From assembly GCA_050575255.1 (NCBI GenBank), contig JBNZDD010013721.1, forward strand, positions 7,997,671 through 8,061,670: a stretch of DNA of 64,000 nucleotides, given 5' to 3'. A program made the position numbers and the translations under genes. Source of the stretch: Harriotta raleighana. Lineage: Eukaryota. Numbering within the stretch: the stretch's first letter is position 1; the number at the start of each line of letters is the position of its first letter. Shown piece by piece: positions 13,770 through 25,200 of the stretch. The notes below the pieces were generated by a model, which was given only the letters and a program-made list of their open reading frames with translations, had not been told where the DNA came from and did no database searches.

Positions 13770-14240
13770 TCCCAAGTCTTCCTGACACAAACTGCAGATT
13801 ATTCAGAAAACTCTGCATCTCGTGGCCTCGCCTGCACCAGGCTCTGGGAACCTATCACCCACATACTTGCCCAGCTTCACTGGGTCCCCATTCCTCAGAG
13901 AATCAAATACCAAACCTTTATTCTTACTTTCAAGGCCCTCCACGTTCTTGCTCCCCCCTACCTTTCTGACCTCATAACCCAATATCAGCCTGTCCACTCC
14001 CTCCGCTCTGGGGACACCAGCCTCCTTCAGTTCCCCTGCACCTCACCATTGGCAGTCAGACATTCAGCATCACTGCCACCACACTCTGGAACGCTATTCC
14101 ACAATTCCTCCACCTGACCCTCTCTCTTCCTTCCTTCAAGTCCCATCTGAAGACCTTTCTCTGCGACAACACCAATACTTTCTGGTGTTTGTTCTAAAGT
14201 TACTTTTCACAGCCTGGAACTGAGAGCGCTTCTCATGATG
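13770..14240 (+). mobile_element. L2-clade LINE ORF2 3' fragment (frameshifted)
   Basis: Translates in pieces KLQIIQ, PITHILAQLHWVPIPQRIKYQ, FKALH..PPYLSDL, LWNAIP, SFKSHLKTFL, all typical L2 ORF2 C-terminal motifs. Confidence 0.85.
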
Positions 14241-14384
14241 TCCGAACATATTTTGCTCTATCCCGTTCCCATATGTTCCCATATGTGTCCTCCACCTCAT
14301 TCTTTACACACCAGCACCTGTGCTATATGTGTGTTGATCAAGCGTTAAAGTAATAATTCCTTCCAATTTTTTTTAAAGAATTTG

Positions 14385-14550
14385 GTTATTCTATCTGTGA
14401 CTTTGTGGGGAAACTTCTGTGCGCAATTGGCTGCCGTGTTTCACCCACAAAATATACAGTCCATTCATTCTACACTATATTCTAAGAAGCGTTTTGAGAC
14501 GTCTCAAAGACATGATAAGGCAGTATATCAAATGCAAGGATTATTATTAA
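14385..14550 (+). mobile_element. SINE 3' half (family A)
   Basis: CTGTGCGCAATTGGCTGCCGTGTTTCACCCACAAAATATACAGTC...TATATCAAATGCAAGGATTATTATT. Confidence 0.85.
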
Positions 14551-15251
14551 AGATCTAGAGACTGGAACCTGATTTCCTGTCCAGTGGAAGCACCAAGATT
14601 TCACACAAGGATTATGGTCCAAAACAAATTCCATGCAGCGTTGCTCTACTTTTTCTTGGCAATGCATCTAAAGCACAGAAGAGCAATCTCACTAAACCAA
14701 TGTGGCAGTTCAGTTCTCTGTGATGACTGCCTAAAGTAAGGCTGCTATAATGCCACGCCAAACCATTGCCAGTTTTGTGCTCTAAACTTGTACCCTCCGG
14801 GATATGTCTTGTAATTGCCTTGAAATTTTTTGGCGTGTTTACCACAGGGCAGATGTGCAGCTTTTAGCGTTAGCTAATGTCACCACACAGTCTGCCAAGT
14901 GGAACACCATTGTCAACAACGCTGTTTAACTCTAAAGGGATCTTGGAGGTAGGTCTGCCCCCAAACTGAAGAACAAAGTTGTGAATTATTGGTTTGATGG
15001 GAAATATTAACGTTAATTGCGTGTTATAATGCGCCAAGATAAGATGTTGGCGTTCATTGGTGACTCGCCCATTAATTCCTCATCTGTGTATCTCTCCTCT
15101 CTGTAACGTTCTTTGTTTCCTATTCAGTGATGTGACATTTCAAGAGTATTGCTCACTGCTTTGTTCTTGTTTGTCAAGAGTAGTGGCCAGATTGTAGGAG
15201 GAAGAGAAAAATTGAGGAGCTAAAGAGTTGCATTTTCTGAGCTTCTGGGAG

Positions 15252-15631
15252 ATAATAATAATACTACTAATAATAATAATAATAATCCTAACATTTCATC
15301 CAGCACTTATCAGGTCTTCCAGGCATCTTAAAGCGCTTCACAGAATATACTGTAAAGTAAATTTACTATATGTTTTGTGGGTGAAACACGGCAGCCAATC
15401 GTACACAGTAGTGCTCCAACCGTGGATTGAGTGAACAAATTATTATTTTTTTTATTCAAGGAATTATTACCCACGGAAAAGCAATCAGCCAATTGACTAA
15501 CAACCGGGTTCCTACTTACTGGTAGGCGTGTGGAGTAAGGAAATTTGATCAATATTTCGCCCTGCCTAGGAATCGAGCCCAGGTCCTCTCACTTGCGAGG
15601 CAAGTGCTCAAAGCACTGAACTACAGGTCTC
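15252..15631 (-). mobile_element. tRNA-headed SINE (family A), full length
   Basis: (TAA)n tail on + strand; minus-strand head TGTAGTTCAGTG...GAGCACTTGCCTCGCAAGTGAGAGGACCTGGGCTCGATTCCTAGGCAGGGCGAAA. Confidence 0.9.
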
Positions 15632-16288
15632 TAGGGTAAGAGCTGGTTAGATGAGTGGTAGATAACAAAATTAAAAGTAGGACATAGAAACTAGGGAATT
15701 AGAGAACACAGAAATAAAGTGATAACTTTTCTTATTCATGAAGACGAGGAGACAAAGTGTCTAGATTGTAGGAGTCTATATCATGTTGATTTTAATAGAC
15801 AGGATTAATAGTGGAATATTACGGGATGTAGTTGCTACAGAGGCACAGAACAGATCAGTCGTTGGAGACGGAAGCCCAAAGACCTGTCGGTAATCCAAGG
15901 GTTAAGTCTTGATCCGATGATACGGGAAATGCTTCCCGTTACTGGTCTGCGTTTAGCTGAGCAAGCCTTGGTTTGGTCAAACCTAATCTAGAAAATATTG
16001 TCTCCCCGCGTAACAGATGAACCTTGATGTATGTTGTTTTTCAAGTTTGCGAGCTTTTGCCCAGCGCAGATAACAATCACAAATTGAATCAGCGTCACCA
16101 TCACTCAGTTAGAACCTCAGCTTTATTACCCTCCACTGTATTGTTAATATTCAAAAGCTATTGTCCTCAACAGCCCAGCCAGTCTCTGCTTTCAGAGCAA
16201 TACATTGTACGATTGAATGAATCCGACTGCTCTCTCAGGTGAGGTACTGTTTCAGATTCACTCTCAGCAACGCCGGACGTGCTCTTTA

Positions 16289-16309
16289 CACAGCGCCACG
16301 GACAGAACC
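16289..16309 (+). promoter_or_regulatory. RE1/NRSE (REST-binding)-like motif
   Basis: CACAGCGCCACGGACAGAACC versus consensus TTCAGCACCACGGACAGCGCC: canonical spacing, right half-site GGACAG intact, one mismatch in the left core; lies in non-repeat sequence. Confidence 0.4.
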
Positions 16310-16880
16310 CCGAGGGATCAGGCGACTCAAAAGGCCGATGTTGATTTTCCGAGCGACAGTGAAATATGATGTGCTTGTAAGGAGGATTTTATCATCGAGC
16401 CAAGGAATTAATCCGACACAATGCCCAGTGAGTGCTCAAGTAGACCCGACAGTGTCCTCCGAGTTCATTATTTCTATTCGATCACATTTTAAGAGCAAGA
16501 GCTCATCTCCTTCGGTCAAACAAAGATGCTATGACCAATAGTCACCATGGGAACAAGCCTGCACATTGAGACACAGGACCACAGATGAGAGGTTGTAGGG
16601 CTGCCAACTATCCGGTTTCAGGGGAAACTGTGGAGTCTCCGGTGGGCAGCATGAACAGACACCAAAAGTCTGTTTGCTGCCCGCGGTCTATAGACGAAGG
16701 AGAGGAAAGCAAGTAATGGAACTGCATCTCCCAGTGTCCCACTCACACTATGTTTGCACAGAGCGCAAAGCATGTACATTAAATCATATAGTACTTTACT
16801 ATTATTATTATTGGCTGGTTTTGAGCAACTGGAACGTTGGCAACTCTATAAGAGGATATAAGGTTCAGACCCCGACAATG

Positions 16881-17213
16881 AATAATAATAATCCTTGTAT
16901 TTGATATAGTGCCTTATCACGTTGTTAAAACGACCCCAAGCTCTCCAAAGACTGTATTGTAAAGTGGATTGACTGTGTATATTGTCGGTGAAACTCGACA
17001 GCCAATTGTGCATAGCAATGTCCCACTAACAGTCGTGGATTGTTTGACCAAATTCTCATGTATATTTGAGGGGGGAAACAAATTAACAGTTCCTTCTTAC
17101 TGCTGGTAAACAGAGATGTGTGGAGTAAAGAAACTTGCCTCAGGTTTGACCCCAGCTGGTAAAGAAACCAGATCCTCTCGCTTGCAAGGCGAGCATGATA
17201 ATCATTACGCTAC
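16881..17213 (-). mobile_element. tRNA-headed SINE (family A), full length
   Basis: AATAATAATAATCCTTGTATTTGATATAG tail; head with CTCGC-CTTGCAA-GCGAG stem-loop; an L2 tail follows at ~17218-17285. Confidence 0.85.
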
Positions 17214-18394
17214 CCAACATCAACAGCAAATTATATTTGTTTAGCGCCTTTCACATCGGGAGGACATCACAAGACGTTCCACCAATGGGTTAAGAATCAC
17301 GGCATTGATTTTCACTGTTGGAGCTGATACAAATCTTCCTCTAATAACCCTATCAGATGCCCTTTTTATACTGTGCCATCCACATCAATCCAATGGGAAA
17401 ATTGCACAGAACAGACGCACAGAAAAAAAAACCTACACACAGTATAAAACATGTTTGAGGCACGAGATCTCGCAGGGATTTGCCCTGGAGGCTTCCTGTC
17501 CAAAATCAACTTGAGGAAAGGGTTTTGCCAGGAAACTGCAAATTAATTCAGCGTTTGCTAAATTTGGGCTGCTTATAAATTCTCAGGTGATCTATTGAAC
17601 ACCCCCCCACACACTTTTCTGGAGTTGAATGTAATGTTATTTAAGAGTCAATCACATCTTCCGATTGTTCAATAACATTTATAAGCTGTGGTTAGCACAG
17701 CTCTCCATCTGAACTTTTTTTGCGAATGTCTTGAGCTCTCGTCAGCCAGCCCCTGCCTGGCAAGAGGAATTGGTTTCAGGAAATATAACTCAAGCTTTCT
17801 TCTCCCACTCACTCCACCACTGATAGGGATATGACATAAAAAGGAACGTAACCTTAAATGCTTGCACTTGATTGTCTAATCCAGGAAGCAGCTCCTTCCA
17901 AATAGCTCTGGTTTGGGATTCCCTGAGCAAGTCCAGCCAATTGCATTCCTCAAGTTTCTGTACATGGGGACAGTTATGGCAGCATCTGTCTGTATAGCCT
18001 AAGACCCAATTAATATGAAAGGAGAGAATTACATGTGCTGAAGAAGCAGACTTTGCCCATCACAAAGAATAATGAGATCAATTAAAGCATGTTCACTCAC
18101 TCACTTTGAGCATACTGTGATTAAAATTGTTATTCATGTTATTGGCTGCGGAGGCTTCTCCACCGCAAAGTGCATTTGCAGCGGGAAAACAACACGTGAT
18201 GAAAATGTTTCCCCTTCCACCCCCCAACAAGAAATGAAAAGTTTCACAAAAGCGACATTGGGCTAAATGTGATCCTAGAGAATCGTAAATGACAAGTGAT
18301 CAAGTCTGCCTTTCCTGCGAGTTTCTGCATCGGTATTGTCTGCAATTATAATAAATTTACCAGAAGCTGGTGATTTTGCTTAAACTGACACCGC

Positions 18395-18783
18395 AACAGC
18401 AAACAACAAAAAAATATATATTTGTAGAGCGCCTTTCCTGTCAGGAGGACTTCCCACTATGGGGCAGAACTGGGGAGCTTCACATTTACAAAGCTGTCCC
18501 CGTTCAGATGAGATGTCCCCTATCTCTTCAGGTAGATGTTGATCAGTATCCGAAAAGGCAATGGAGTTTTTTTCCCCAGTGTCCTGGCTGACAATCTTCA
18601 TAATCAAATTGGTCATTCACTTCACTTCAGTAGTTTGTGGGACATCTAAGTATACAAATTGGCATCCATTTTTGCCTGAAAATACACAGTTGCCACACTC
18701 GACAAAAATATCGAGTGCAGCTCAATTGAAGTTGAATGCACCAGATCAAATGCAAGAATTGTATTATTATTATTATTGTTATT
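18395..18783. mobile_element. L2 tail (minus, ~18395-18455) plus decayed Deu-SINE (plus, ~18503-18783)
   Basis: GTAGAGCGCCTTTCCTGTCAGGAGGAC; TTCAGATGAGATGT...CAGGTAGATG...CCCCAGTGTCCTGGC...ATCAAATGCAAG-(TAT)n. Confidence 0.7.
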
Positions 18784-19511
18784 AATATGCTTTCCTTGTT
18801 TCATAAGTAACTACTAGACATATGAAGTGAAAATGTCATAGGCATTTGTGCAAAACAATGTTATGTGGATTTAAAAGAGAAATTGGGTGCCTTTTGCTGA
18901 GTGGAAAGATCGCACGAGAAAGTGCAGAGGAATGAAGAAATGAGAGGAAGGGCAGAGCCATACTCACACTGAATGATGCATTCGGCTGTCGAGCCAGCCT
19001 ATCCATTCTACATTCTGGCAAAGAACACTGAAGCAGTGTTTAATGAGATGCTAAATAAATGAGGACCAGACTGAGATCATAACCTGGATAAACTCACAAT
19101 TATGAGTGCGAACAAAGCAGCCCATTTGGCTGAGAATGAATTGAACTTTCCCCCCTACAACATGCTGGAAACATCAGGCAGCCTCTTAAGTAAATTTTGA
19201 AAGATGTAGACAAGGAAGGGCCCGATTTAGTTGCTCTTCGAATCTCCACTTTCCAGATAGATTTCTTAGCGAATATATCCATCAAGTCTGACCAAGTACA
19301 CAAGGTACAACAGAGTGTACCTTGTGCTTGAGAGATAGCACAAGCCATTCACCTGACTCCCCGTGCAGTTAATTCTCTCTATCATCCCCCTCCCCTCCCA
19401 CCACCCCACATGATAGAATTGCTGATGCTGTGAGATTCCTCACCAGGAAAGAGGTAGGATCAGTGGGAGATTTCTCACAGACTTTCCTCAGTAAATAATA
19501 AATAAATGCAG

Positions 19512-19905
19512 CAATAATTCTTGCATTTGATACAGCAACTTTCAGGCCGGGAGGGAGTCTCAAAGTGCTTCACAGGGATTTTATCCTCAGTGTAGTGACC
19601 GTGCATTTATTAGGCAAATGTGGCAACCAATTTATGCATGACAGTCATAAATGCATAAACAGTCATGACGTGAATGGTCAATGTTATATGGGGCGATTGT
19701 TGGTCAGGACACCAGGAGAAACTCCTTTCTCTTTTCAAATTAGTGCCATGGGATCCTTAACGTCAGCAAGTACAATTTAATGTCTCATCCGATGCAGTGC
19801 TGCATTGATGTGTCAGCCTTGACTGTGATTTCAAAGTCCAGACATGGGACTTCAACCCACAACCTTCTGGCTCCAAAGCCAAGTGTGCTACTGACTGAGC
19901 CAGGT
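19512..19905 (-). mobile_element. SacSINE1-like Deu-SINE, near full length
   Basis: Minus strand: CCTGGCTCAGTCAGTAGCACAC (A box), AGAAGGTTGTGGGTTGAAGTCCCA (B box), Deu domain GATCCCATGGCACTA...GGTGTCCTGACCAA, L2-like tail. Confidence 0.85.
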
Positions 19906-20232
19906 GTGGAGCAGTATTGCCAGAGGCTTGTAACAAGTTATACACTTTCTCTTCTGAGTGGCAGCCACAGGAGATACCTAGGAAAACAAGAGTAAAACAC
20001 GTGAAAAATAAGATTTAGCAGATTTTCTATATCTTGGAGTACTGCACGCTGCAGAGTATAGATTTCTCATCTTTACGAGAGAGTTTTGCTCATTTCATTT
20101 GAAAACACAACAGTATTTAAATTGTCCTACCACACATTGAGTGCCTGGACTTGTTTCCAGGGTCTGGTGTGTTCACTGGATACAATCGTCAGGCCTCGAT
20201 TGGTTTCGGAGACTTTTTAACCAGGGAGCCAC

Positions 20233-20530
20233 AGCAACGATTTGCATTTGCATAGCGCCCTTCACATAGGCTAATGCGCCGGGGCACTTCATCAAGACAG
20301 GGCTGGGAATGGGAGAAGCGGCCATACTTGCAGTCAAAGAGGTAGGTTTTAAGGAGGAATTTAAAGACAGTTAGGAGAATGGATGAGACAGAGAGAGAGA
20401 GAGATGGGACGGTCCAGAGGTAGTTGCTGTTTGGCCATTGATGGTGGCTTGGAGATCGTGTGGAGAACGTGAAGCAAACCTGAGTTAGCTGAGCGGAGCA
20501 CAGTGGTACCACTCTGCATCCACCTGTATC
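20233..20530 (-). mobile_element. L2 3' end
   Basis: Tail GAAGGGCGCTATGCAAATGCAAATCGTTG on minus; ORF reads VFKFLLKTYLFD. Confidence 0.75.
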
Positions 20531-22109
20531 TATAAACCTGAGACACGACTATCCATCCTTCAAGGTCGGACTGTTGGAAATAAACCGAATGATCCTTTCT
20601 AGCACCACGTCTTTCAGAACGCTGCCTGTCAATATCTCGTGGTGGCAATGGTTATTCCAATGTTCAGAGATGCATTGTTCCCATTATTGTGGTCTATGTC
20701 CAACCTACCATGCAACGCTCTCAGATTGCATCGTGTGCCACCACTGACCAGTGACTTTGTCGTCCATTTTGTCTCTGCCTTCACAATTCCTTTCAACACG
20801 ATAGAACTTTATTCTCACTCTAATCAGTTCTGATTAGTTTTCCTAATCCCTTTCATCTCCTAAACCCCTCTGTGCCTCTAAAAATGTTGTCATCTTTTCT
20901 TATTGTGTTCGGTTGAATGAACGCAAAAAACATCACTGGAACTTTAGCTTTATCCTTTAGTGCATTGTTAATATTAAAATGTACTAATAGCACAGTGGAG
21001 AAATCAAATTATGCACATAAATATGCTTGCGTAGCAGGAATAAAACTGAAGTTAGTGACAACGATGCCACTTCACATTTGCAAATCTACCATCAATCTGT
21101 CATTAAATATGTTATCAGAGAATGCTAAGTGTATGGTCCTTGCTTGCGTTGCTGCTTATTCATGATGCTGATGTGCAGTAATGGGGCAATGTACATTAAC
21201 ATATTCTTGGTTGAATGAACACAAAACATTCCTAGAAGCTTCTGCCTTGATTCCCCCTGTGACTAACTAGCAAGTGTGGCATATCCTCAAATTGCCAGAA
21301 AAAAGCAAAAACACATTACTTTTAATTAATAGTCCCATCACTTATTTATCAGTTGAATCCTCCTGTCCCAGTGATTTAAGTGATACATAAACCATAGGCC
21401 ATTTGATTTATTAACTCTTCGGGCACTGAGTTATGACTGTGCTGCATGTGAGCGGGCAGAGCCTCGTTGGTATTTATTCAAAAATATATATTGTTTTATG
21501 CGGCTGATCATGAATAATTAAAGAGGAGAATATAAATTCATATCTCTTCATTAACCTGATTAATTCTGATTGTGCCATTTACTGTCACAACAGGAACCTG
21601 GTAACCCATTCATTTCCGCTGCTCAACAGCCCCTGAGAATAAACAGATCTGGCCCCAGAAAATCATGCTGTAAATTAAGAGAATTGTGTGTGTGTGAGAC
21701 CGGGATGGGATGGCATTTCTGCAAGGCACAATATAAGAGGCTTATCAATAAACCAGCAGGAGTAGGTCTGTGTGTTATTTAGCCCCAGACTTGCGACAAC
21801 AGGCAAGCTATTTTGGGTGCAGTTCATTAAGGAATTTGACGTTGAGTTCTACTGAGTTTCTGGAGTACAGTTTGTGTTATCCACATCGGCTGAAATAGCT
21901 GCTTCCTCTTTTTTAATAGTAATTTTTAAAAAAAAATTAATAGTCTTTATCAGAAGGTGGGCATGTCTTTGTGTTGGGTGAGGATAGTATTGGGGTTAAC
22001 TGTGATGCGGATTTCCATTGTCTTGGCTCTAACATGAAGAATAATTACATGGGCAGGGCACTAAGGAGATAGCAGTTAGCTGTAGAACTAGATCCAACTT
22101 GACTTGATA

Positions 22110-22250
22110 TTAATAATAGCCTTTGCATTTGATATAGGGCCTTAACACTTCTAGGCATCTTCTAGGCATCTCAAAGCGCTTCACAGAAAATACTCTATAA
22201 AATAAACTGCCTTTATTTTTTGTGGGTGAAATGCAACAACCAATTAATGT
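22110..22250 (-). mobile_element. SINE 3' fragment
   Basis: TTGCATTTGATATAG...CTCAAAGCGCTTCACAGAA...GTGGGTGAAATGCAACAACCAATT. Confidence 0.75.
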
Positions 22251-22479
22251 CTTTAACAGAAAAAATTGAAAGATGAAAAAAATTTGACAAAACTCATAGC
22301 ACGATAGCAATTACGGTAATAATAAAAGTAACTGTTTTCAAATGTTTCAGTGTGAAAAATAATTGTTCGGAACAAAGTAAAGCTGTCCAGGGCTGATGTG
22401 TTTCAATCCCGCATAATAATATCATTATTCATTAGTTATTAACGCAGTAAGGTATCTAACAGAAAAATTATAAAGATTT

Positions 22480-22600
22480 ACAAAGAATGTACAGCACAGA
22501 AACAGGCCACTCAGCCCAATCAGTCCTTCGCAGTTCTTATATTCCACTTGAATCTCCACCCATTTCTTGTTCGCTCCCATACCCTTTTATTCCCCTCACC
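22480..22600 (-). mobile_element. CR1 3' terminal fragment
   Basis: AAAGAATGTACAGCACAGAAACAGGCCACTCAGCCCA is the reverse complement of the typical shark CR1 end GGGCTGAATGGCCTGTTTCTGTGCTGTA. Confidence 0.65.
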
Positions 22601-23519
22601 CTCATGTGAAGATCCTGGAAGCATCAGTACTTACTGACTCTATTAAATATGCTGGTATTTTGAACAAGTGCCAGAGAAATTCAGCAGCCAAATGATTAAC
22701 GGATCTTTTAACAAAGTCTGCAATATTTTGCAAAGGTAGGAGAATGGCTTGGTGTTGGAGCCACAGGAAAGGAATGCATTGGTCTAATAGCATCATCGTT
22801 CTGCTATGCTAACACATCGGTTCCAATTACTATTAAAAAAAAGGAAGCAGCCATTTCAGTCGATATAGATAAAACAAACTGTAACTCCAGAAACTCAGTG
22901 TCCTCCCTACCAATCAGAGCCAAGATCAGCATTGGGATCTCAAATATCACTGTATATTTGGATGATTTCATTGTTATTCACATGACAAAACACTTTGTAA
23001 TTTTACACCAGGGTTTAGGTTTGACATGTGAACTTGTACTGTAAATTTACCAAAGCTCTATCATATCTCATCCTTTCCTCCTGATTGATGTCATCATGTA
23101 TGAAAATGTAATGTGTTCGAACCTAGGGGGACATGTGATGTTCAGTGAATCATTTTGTGTGGAAAATAAATGGCTGAAAAACCCTGGTTCAGGGCATGGC
23201 CACAGATTGATACCATCTATGTTATTCCACTGTTACTGCTTGTGTTATCATGACAATGAGGGCAAACAGTACAGCTGTTCTCGTCAGCGCTTTCCCGTCG
23301 CTCTGTGGAGAGCAGACACAGTTGTGAATCCTGCCCACACCCCCCACCAGGCGACACCTGGGCAGCAAGACACCATGTTTGTTCTCGTTCGCGCTTGTGA
23401 TTTTTGTCACTGGCTCTGGAGGGAGCTGGCATTTCAATCCCATTTCACAGGATTAAAGTCGTAATTCAATCCCAACTGAGTGCCACGATCGTTAACAATG
23501 GCATTTGTGAACCCCAGCT

Positions 23520-23610
23520 CGGGTCTGAAATAATGACCGTCCAGCACCTTGGGACGTCATTCCCGACGTGAAAGCCGCTATACAAGTGTAATTTTGTTAT
23601 TGTTGTTGTT
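23520..23610 (+). mobile_element. L2 3' tail
   Basis: CAGCACCTTGGGACGTCATTCCCGACGTGAAAGCCGCTATACAAGTGTAATTTTG-(TTG)n; similar tails at ~27670-27735, 29556-29620 (minus), 36985-37050, 42612-42675, 44108-44175 (minus), 56983-57025 (minus). Confidence 0.8.
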
Positions 23611-25036
23611 TGGGAGCAGCTTTGGATCCAAAAATCATTGTTTGGAGTCAGGGTAGATTCCCATTCCCTCGCCCTGCCTTTAGAACAATGATTGGGCAAA
23701 AGATTTCAGCACTGTCGCTGAATTAGCAATAATCTTCTGAATTATGTCTTTTGGATTCAGTGCTATTAATGCAGGCACAGTGTTACCCCTAAAGCAACTC
23801 ATACCATTTGTTCTCTGAAACACACAGCAAGATGACAGAATATTTTATCTTTAGTATTGTATATACAATCCAACAGAACGTAAATGCCTCGATGTGTGTT
23901 CTGGGGCATTTTTAAATACTGCACCCTCTTTAAAGAAACATAGTCAGCGCATCAGATCACTGGAATCATCCCGGGGTTCAGGCTGCTTGGAGGGGTGCAG
24001 ACAGTGTCAGCAACCATGACTTAAGTTGCTGACTGCTGTTATTTGCTCATTTACAAACTGAGAGTGTTTAGCTGAATTTACTGTCAGGCCAGCTCCTCAG
24101 AGAAGACTGTCATTCAGTGTGACACATATCATTGAGGAGTGTAACGGATATCTTCCGTTTCCTCACTTTGTAAACAGCTTGAAGACTGTTAACAAACACA
24201 CATTCTGGAACTGTGGTTCGTCAGGTCCTGGAACTATTGTTGCCTGTTCAGAGTTGGGGGTGTTTCCTGTTCAAAGCTGTGAAGAATCCTGTTTGGAACT
24301 AGAGAGGAATGAGTAATGTGTCTGTCCTTGACTTGCCTTCCTTGACTAGTAGGGAATCAGCCATTTGAGAACATAGAGGTGACAGTGTTAGGTATGCACC
24401 AATATCCAACAATGGCTATAGATCATCTGGCGTGAAGATTCTGTTGGAAATCAACTGCTATTGAATCCCTTAAATTTAACGTAGCCTTTAGTGACTGATT
24501 CATGCTCAGTGACTGATTTGGGCTTGTGTGCAAATTGGCTGCCATATTTGAGTACAAATACACAGTCACTGTACTTTCCAGTAACTCTTTGAGAAGCACT
24601 CCTGACATCAAAGGTGCTGTAGATAACAAATGCAAGGTTTGGGTAAAAGAATTATTATTGTAATGTCAATGGAAAATAACCTCTAGTGCATCAAAAGACC
24701 CATGTTGGAAGATTTTGGATAGTTGTGATAAGTGAAACTTTGGCAGCATTTTTCCTATAACTGGAACTGTAGCATCAATAATTAGGAGTGCTTACTGGTG
24801 TATCCTGTAAAATGACTTCAACCAAAACCAATGTACAGAATAATAGTTTTTCTCATCTAAAGTCAGCAAAATGAAAGTGGGTGGGAAAAGATGCAGAAAT
24901 GGTAACTTGAAACTGTACAATATTTAAATGTGTCTTTTCTCTGTGTTTCTTCTACTATTTCGGCTCATTTTTACACTATTCTGCTCTCAAACTCTATACA
25001 CTTCACTCTGAGCTACACATTCTTTTGTCTCTTAAT

Positions 25037-25200
25037 GATAATAATAATCCTTGAATTTGATATAGTGCCTAATCACGTTGTTGAGCTGTCTCAAAGCATT
25101 TCACAGAATACACTGTCAAGTAAAATGACCGCATATTTTTTTGCTGGCAAAACGTGGCAGCCAATTACACACAGCAAACAGTCGTTGTTTGAGTGACCAA
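25037..25200 (-). mobile_element. SINE 3' fragment
   Basis: ATAATAATAATCCTTGAATTTGATATAGTGCC...GGCAGCCAATTACACACAGCA; related fragments at ~24515-24640 (plus) and ~25665-25820 (minus). Confidence 0.8.

Noticed and set aside
22378-22400. RE1-like ATCAGCCCTGGACAGCT on minus strand
   Set aside because: Two bases shorter than canonical spacing and left half-site incomplete.
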